The notes beneath the pieces are model-generated. The model saw only the letters and a program-made list of their open reading frames with translations. It was not told where the DNA came from and searched no databases. The translations under genes and the position numbers were made by a program. DNA of 64,000 bases from Podarcis muralis (Eukaryota): positions 21,080,001 to 21,144,000 of the forward strand of contig NC_135667.1 of assembly GCF_964188315.1 (NCBI RefSeq). The letters run 5' to 3'. Position 1 is the stretch's first letter. Every line of letters starts with the position of its first letter. Below, piece after piece: positions 56,338-64,000 of the stretch.

Positions 56338-58136
56338 CCGGGCTGAAGTACTTTCAAGATCCCACCACCTCCCCAGTGACCATGAGATGATCCTCTAGGC
56401 TCCACCCCTCCTCAAGTAAAAAACTCAGAAGCTCCCACCCCACGGATCAAGCACTTTTTAAAATCGTGTTAGCCAATCCATTTGCTGGCGGAGGCCTCTG
56501 GCTATCTACATTCTGGATTTCTCTCTGTTCTGCTGCTGGATGATTCAAGCTTCTTTTAGAGAGAGTCTGTCATACCCCAAGATGCGTATGTGTGACAATT
56601 CCAGAAGACAGTGGTGCAAATCCTATGTTTGCTAGTTGGGTCAGCTTTTGAGAAATGTAAATGCTTTCTTTTTTTAAAAAAAAAAGGAAAGGAAAGCAGC
56701 TTTCTTGCCCTTAAGGCTTAAAAAGTATTGTGCACAGCCTCAGTCTTCAGGCAGTGCAAGATTCAAGACCAACCCTCTCCTCTCAACGAGGTTCTTCCAG
56801 GCGGCTGAAAAATCTCCCGTGAGAAATTTCAGCTCGGCTCGATTTTGCAACATCAAATTGTTTTCGAAATTGCGCACAGCCTTGGGCAGGCCTGCCAAAC
56901 CAAAGCCAGCCCAGGGGAGGTTATATTGCTATTGTCTCCCTCTGGGTTCTTGAACTGATGTGTGTGTGTCGAGATAAAAAAAAAAATCGTCCAGTAGCAC
57001 CTTAGAGACCAACTAAGTTTGTTCTGGGTTGTGTGTGTGTGTGTGTATCTCACCCCCACCTTGATTTTCTGCCAGGATCTGCCTCAGTCTGTCAACACAT
57101 AACGGGAGCCAAGAAAAGACAGCAGGCAAGAAACGCAAACAACCGCACCTCAAACTGTGAGTAGCTCTGCAGCAGGAGAGGGACAGAATAGGCTTGTGGA
57201 ACCATCTTGTCTCTAGGGTGGCGGAGGGTCAGAGAACTCAGGATAGGGGAAGAAAGTCACATTATTGGTTCACATTATCGGATGAATCCACCTTATTTGC
57301 CCTTTCCAAAGCAATGGGCAAACAGAAAGGCAGCTATCCTTCACACTTCTTTGAATTTTAGTATGCAGTTCTCCAGCCAAGTCATGTGTACAAAAATGCA
57401 CATATGTCAGAATAACACTAAAATCCATTTTATCTGGGAAAGTAGAAATATTGGGCAAAATTAATGTTCAAAGAGGTGAAATTCACACTAAAATACCATG
57501 CTGATTAATCTTCCTTTTTTAAAATTGCAAGCTAATCTGGAGGACCGAATTGAAGAATGAGAAAAATGAGAAACTGAGCGGAGCTGAAATTGAGGGGTTT
57601 GCCCATCCCTATAGAGGATGCCCTTCCCCCTTCTTGAAGGGTTGTCTGGTCCAAGTTGAATTCAAAAGATAAATAACCTTCAGAAGGGAAAGCAGAGCAG
57701 CATCAGAAGCCTTGAAGTGTCCCATCAACATTTAGCACCTGAAGAGTAAACAAAGGAGGCCCATAGCAGGTCACCTGATCAAAAGCCACTTCCAAGCTGT
57801 TGCCATCTTTCAGGTGGGCGTCAACTGCAGATTGGTAAATTCAGGCTGTGCAAATCAAGTGGATTTGGCCCTCTTATGTAACAACCTCCCTCAGTAAACA
57901 CATCAAGAAACTCAAGAGCAAAGTCAGCAAAGTGACAGGAAACTGCACTGGATAACAATTGCCTGAGCCAATGTCCTATTAATCTCCCTGCCAACAAGTC
58001 AAAACCAATGCTCAATACTCTTTATAACCACCCTGCAAATTTGTGCAAAATAATTAGGACGGACGGATACTCAACAGGTCGCCTGGAAACGGCCACAGTG
58101 TGGTGGTGAGATGTGTTTCGTTTATATCTAAAATTA

Positions 58137-58377
58137 CAGTGGTACCTCAGTTTACAAACTTAATCCTTTCTGGAAGTCCGTTCTTAAACCGAAACTGTTC
58201 TTAAATCGAGGCGCTCTTTCCCTAATGAGGCCTCCTGCTGCTGGTTCCCTTCCACCGTTCGGCTTCCATTCTTAGACCGAGGTAAAGTTCGCAAACCGGG
58301 ACACTACTTCCGGTTTTGTGGAGTTCGTAAACCGAATCGTTCGTAAACAGGACTGTTATTAAACCGAGGTACCACTG
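58137..58377. mobile_element. Tc1/mariner-type MITE (second subfamily)
   Basis: TA|CAGTGGTACCTCAGTTT ... AAACCGAGGTACCACTG|TA. Confidence 0.85.
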
Positions 58378-59571
58378 TATCCTTCTTAAGATTGCATCAA
58401 TGCCTATAAATTAGCATGTGCCATTTTTTCCCATGCCTGCGTCTTCTCTTGAAATGATGTGTTCCCTCTTTTCTGGCAATTCATAAGCAGCCACCTATTT
58501 GTTGCTCAGTTCCAATCCTGGACTGTTTTGCTGAAAGGAGGTGGCTGACAGCCAGGCTGAAGCGGAAATTGAGGCTTCCCATTGGAATAATCTTTCTGAG
58601 ACGTCTCCATTTATTCAAAACTTTTTTTTTTAATGTCTTTTCTGGGCCTGTTTTCATGCTTCTGATATGTTTGATTGCTGTCCTGAGAAATACGTTGCAG
58701 TGTTTTTTGTTAGTTTTAATTATTTGGATTGCAATCCTATAGTCAGCAACTTGGCATTAAGTTCCCACTGAACTCAATGGGATTTAAAACTTCTGAACAG
58801 AAGCAAAAGGTTGTGTTGTTAACCATTCATTATAAACTGTCCCGGGACATGTTGAAACAGAAGGGTGGGGTGGCGTTCAGCGCTTTCCACCAAATAAATA
58901 TATGATGAAATATGGCGTATTGCAAAAGCACAGTATATTTCAATGTCACCTAACCGCCTCTGTACTTGCAACAAGTTTATAACATTAAAAAACCCATCAC
59001 ATGTTGAAGCACATCGCTGTAATCCTCAAAGGCGAAAATCCAGTAATCCTCTGGCGAATTCTTTGCATCATCTGATGGGAAGGGTGAAGTATTAAGGTAG
59101 TTCCAACAAAAGGCAAATCCTCTCAGATCATGTGCTGGGAACTGCAGCTCTAAAACTTAGCAGAGGGCCAAAACAGGGTGTGAGATCAGTTGTTTCCTCA
59201 CACTACACTTTAAAACAGCCTCCCCTCCCCCCCCCCCAGTTTTGACTGAAGCTATGTCTCTGGGGGGAGCAGAGGGGAATAAGACAGTTGCAGCTGCTAT
59301 CTGTGCTCTCTCTCTCTCCCCCCCCCCCCCATCGTAGACCATAGAGGTCCATGGAAGGTGTGTAGGAACAGACTAAATATTTCCTCCTCTGCCTGCCACT
59401 GCTTTGATCAAAATCCAAGACCATCCCATTGGCACCCACTTTATGAAAGTTTGTGGTGAGATCTCCTACATCGAATCTGTTCTTGCAGGTCCTCAGCTTC
59501 AGCGGCAAGCCCACATCAAGCTCAGTTCTAGCTCTGCTAACTCATTTTCAACCTCCTAGATTCCCCTCCCG

Positions 59572-59574
<3 letters not shown>

Positions 59575-59658
<84 letters not shown>
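59575..59658. repeat. Compound (TC)n(AC)n microsatellite
   Basis: Seen directly; a (GA)n tract also occurs at about 61108-61148. Confidence 0.95.
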
Positions 59659-59660
<2 letters not shown>

Positions 59661-59959
59661 TAAATTCCTTTTCTCAATAGTCAAGATCACAGCAGGGCGG
59701 TCATGTGTCCTACATTAGAGAGGGAATCCTCTATTTTTCTCTATTTGAATAGCTGTGGGTCCAAGTCTGATGTAAAGATTATTTATTTCATAACATTTAT
59801 AAACCTTACTTTTTAAAAGACATCTGAAGGCAACCCTGTTTAGGGAAGTTATTAGTATTTAATGCTGTGTTGTTTTTAACACTCGATTGGGAGCTGCTCA
59901 GAGTAGCTGGGGAAACTCAGCCAGATGGGTGGGGTATAAATAATAAATTATTATTATTA

Positions 59960-60195
59960 CAGTGGTACCTCTGGTTACGTACTTAATTCGTTCCAGAGGT
60001 CCGTTCTCAACCTGAAACTGTTCTTAACCTGAAGCACTATACTTTAGCTAATGGGGCCTCCAGCTGCCGCCGTGGCGCGATTTCTGTTCTCATCCTGAAG
60101 CAAAGTTCTTAACCTGAGGTAATATTTCTGGGTTAGCGAAGTCTGTAACCTGAAGCGTCTGTAACCTGAAGCGTATGTAACCCGAGGTACCACTG
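59960..60195. mobile_element. Tc1/mariner-type MITE inserted in an L2 (TAA)n tail
   Basis: TA|CAGTGGTACCTC ... GAGGTACCACTG|TA. Confidence 0.85.
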
Positions 60196-61105
60196 TATTA
60201 TAATACTAATCCTTCGCTTTTTCTTTACAGGGCCATGTAGATGAATGCAACTGGTGTGATGTTTCTGACTTTCTACACTAGTATCTGTTTAATTCATAGC
60301 TTCCTTAAGTTTTTCCCACACTGAAATTAAGGGTTTAATTAGGGGATTAAGTTTTGCTGCCAATGTTTCAACAGTCTTTGAATAGTTTTGATGGAATACA
60401 ATATTTAAAGTATTATTTAAAAAACTAAAAAGTTTGGCAATGTTTAGTGCTCCAAGGCTGTTTCAGTGTGAGGCGGTTGGTGCCTGGTTTTGTTTCTTGT
60501 TATACTCACTCCCCAAATGACAGTAGGAAGAGCAGAAGGCAGGGAAGTTCAGCTCATCCGACTCCTTTGCCCCTTGGGATGCTCAGCAGTCCAGTTTACA
60601 GAGCACCACCTACTTGGAGGAAACATAGGTTCTGGCTGGAAGGCTGCAGTCCTCTCAGGTTACGCTGATGATTATTTCCAGATGAAACTGCACATTCCAC
60701 ATGTCATGTGCTTTTTCTTGAATATAGCCATCAGCTCAAAGATATACTTACCCTTGAAACTTTGCTTACAGCAGGAAGGTACCACAAAGCTCATTCGGCC
60801 TAACCCCCTGCTGATGCAGGAAATCATTTGCTGACACTCAACACTAATGTTGTTAAATTAATAAAGGACGAGGACGAGAAAGCTTTTCAATAAAAGTATT
60901 TATTAATGGTGGGAATACAAGATATGAGCAGAGTATCAACCTGACGATTTGGGACGGTTTTTTAAGTGCATGTCATGTACTCTGCTTAAGTAATGCACAA
61001 TATATGTCTTTGCTAAAATTCTATAAAAAGTGGGCTTCTTTGAGACCAGATCGTTCTATTTTTAAAAAGCCTCTCCAGGGTCAAAGCAGGATAGAGAGAG
61101 GAGAG

Positions 61106-61149
<44 letters not shown>

Positions 61150-61961
61150 CAAAAAAGAGACGTTCCATCCTTTTGGAATGTAACAACCAGATTTTCTTGA
61201 ACTCCTTCCTGCATCTGCTGTCTAGGAAGGGAGGTCAAGGATTCACAGCTTACTGAGCTATAAATTGAGCTGAACATTAGTTTGTGCTTGTTCTAGACAC
61301 AGGCTGATAAGAAGTGACAGCTCCAAAGCTACACAGTGGCTGGAAAAACTACATAGCAGCACTTTGGGAAACTGGCTGTTTCTTGAAGGGGTCATGAAGG
61401 CATCTTGGCTTGATCTTCGTCTTTACACCATCAAGGCACATGGTGGCATCTTCCAGAGACAACACTAGGTGTTCTCCTGGCACCAAACAGTTTGCAATCT
61501 AAAACAAACAATGGGGAGAGCAGGGGAGGGAATGATGTGGGCAGATGCCATCGCATTCATATCCACACCATTTAAAAGGACACTTGTTGCCCCAAAGAAC
61601 TCTGGGAACTGTAGTTTAATCCTCACAGAGCATTCTTGGTAAACTACAGTTCCCAGGACTCTTGGGGAGGAAGTCATATGCTTTAAATGTTGGTGGGGAT
61701 GTGGCTGTATTTGAAGCTTTGTTACAGTAGGGAATGAAGATTATGAGATTATACCAAAGGCCCCAAAGGAAATATGGGTTTTGAAGGAAGGGGAAATAGT
61801 GCCAGCTTCAGATTCCACGGGGTCCACGGGCCCCCCCTGCTCATTTTCACTGCTGTTGCTGTTCCCCATTCACTAGTCCTCTTTCTCTGGGCGCTGCTCA
61901 AGCCACACAACTGCCCAGAGAGAGCAGGTAAGGGAGTGGAGCCTACTGTTTGTTGGGGGAG

Positions 61962-62330
61962 TGGGTAGTACTGTGGTCTAAACCACTGAGCCTCTTGAGC
62001 TTGCGGATTGGAAGGTCGGCAGTTCAAATCCATGCAAACGGGTGAGCTTCTGTAGCTCTGTCCCAGCTCCTGCCAACCTAGCAGTTTGAAAGCACACCAG
62101 TACAAGTAGATAAATAGGTACTGCTGTGGTGGGAAGGTAAACAGCATTTCTGTGCATTCTGGCACTTGTCATGGTGTCCCGTTGCACCAGAAGCAGTTTA
62201 GTCATGCTGGCCACATGACCCAGAAAGCTGTGCACAAACACTGGCCCCTCAGCTGGAAGCGGGTTGAGTGCCACATCCCATAGTTGCCTTTGACTGGACT
62301 TAACTGTCCAGGGGCCCTTTACCTTTTTAC
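61962..62330 (+). mobile_element. Sauria SINE (older, more diverged)
   Basis: ctgtggtctaaaccactgagcc..ctcctgccaacctagcagtt..agtagataaataggtac..ggggccctttacctttttac. Confidence 0.85.
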
Positions 62331-62989
62331 CTTCTCCTTGTTCCTGACACTACTCACTTGCCAAGAGGGGACAACTGAATGGGCAGCAATGGCAAGGAGA
62401 AGCAGCACCAAGGCAAGGGGCTTCACACACATACACACGGCTCTGCTAGACCATTGATATTTTTGGGTGGGATTCAATCATATACCAACAAATACAGGTT
62501 GCACCATTATAGTTAATTAGGCAGTCTTGAACAACAAAACCACTTATCCAAAGATCAGACTTTTGCAATATGAAAAGTAACACAGAAATCCACTTTTTGT
62601 AATAAGAAAAATGATGGGAAGTGCAGAATAACACTTGGTTTGACACAGGATCGTCTAACCTCCCTGCAAACAAATCAGCACAAATGCTCAATAAACAGCT
62701 CTTCTGGAAGTGTCCACCTACACACCAGCAGGGAATGTCAAGGAAGACTTGTCCGCTAGGGAGAAAGCTGAATAGTATTGTGCATGTTCAGGAGCGTTTG
62801 TGGACATGGGAAACAATCCAAGAATCATGGCTTCTGTATTTTGTCTCTTTTCTATTAACTAGAACTAGATCTGTTCATCAAACAAGAAACCCCGTGAGTG
62901 GAACTGATATTAAGAATCTGAAGCAAAGGTAGTAGATTCCATAGAATGGGAATAAAAGGAGACTCACCCAAAAAGAGAAGTCAGAGAGA

Positions 62990-63769
<780 letters not shown>

Positions 63770-64000
63770 CTAGAAGATAAGCAATGATTGGGGGTTGATG
63801 CCAGGGGACTTGGGTTAATAAATTAATAATAATAATTTATTATTTATACCCCACCCATCTGGCTGGGTTTCCCCAGCCCTGGGTTGGGAAAGGAAGACAG
63901 GGGAGAAGGACACAGTATACAGAATGGGAATACCCAGGTGGACCTCCCAATTTCCCAACCTGGGAACCGTCATTTTGTCTGGTGCACCCTGGCAAATGAT

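Noticed and set aside
58975-59530. Two stop-free minus-strand stretches (ELQFPAHDLRGFAFCW.. and GLPLKLRTCKNRFDVGD..)
   Set aside because: No convincing splice sites or start context, and no protein family recognised; a tBLASTx search would be needed to revive them.
60490-60834. 114-aa ORF downstream of SGF29
   Set aside because: TTG start, no homology and no linked exons; expected by chance.

Overview
Vertebrate genomic DNA, very probably a squamate (likely lacertid) lizard, judged from Sauria SINEs, BovB/RTE, CR1, L2 and squamate-type MITEs. Most ORF-track entries are intron read-through or noise, so genes were rebuilt by hand from GT-AG exons. Order: a tandem + strand cluster of cytosolic sulfotransferases with SULT1C-like signatures (3' part of one gene, three complete genes of 302-304 aa, and a two-exon dead relic); an uncharacterised 12-exon, 453-aa EHD/dynamin-like P-loop NTPase with two C-terminal transmembrane segments (30206-36013, +); NUPR1 (-); SGF29/CCDC101 (+, 293 aa); and the last two exons of a SULT1A-like gene on the - strand, which the ORF track misses. 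The best novelty candidate is the membrane-anchored EHD-like NTPase, whose layout resembles atlastin/mitofusin and which I do not know from the human NUPR1-SGF29-SULT1A locus. Identity figures are by-eye counts; no database searches were run.
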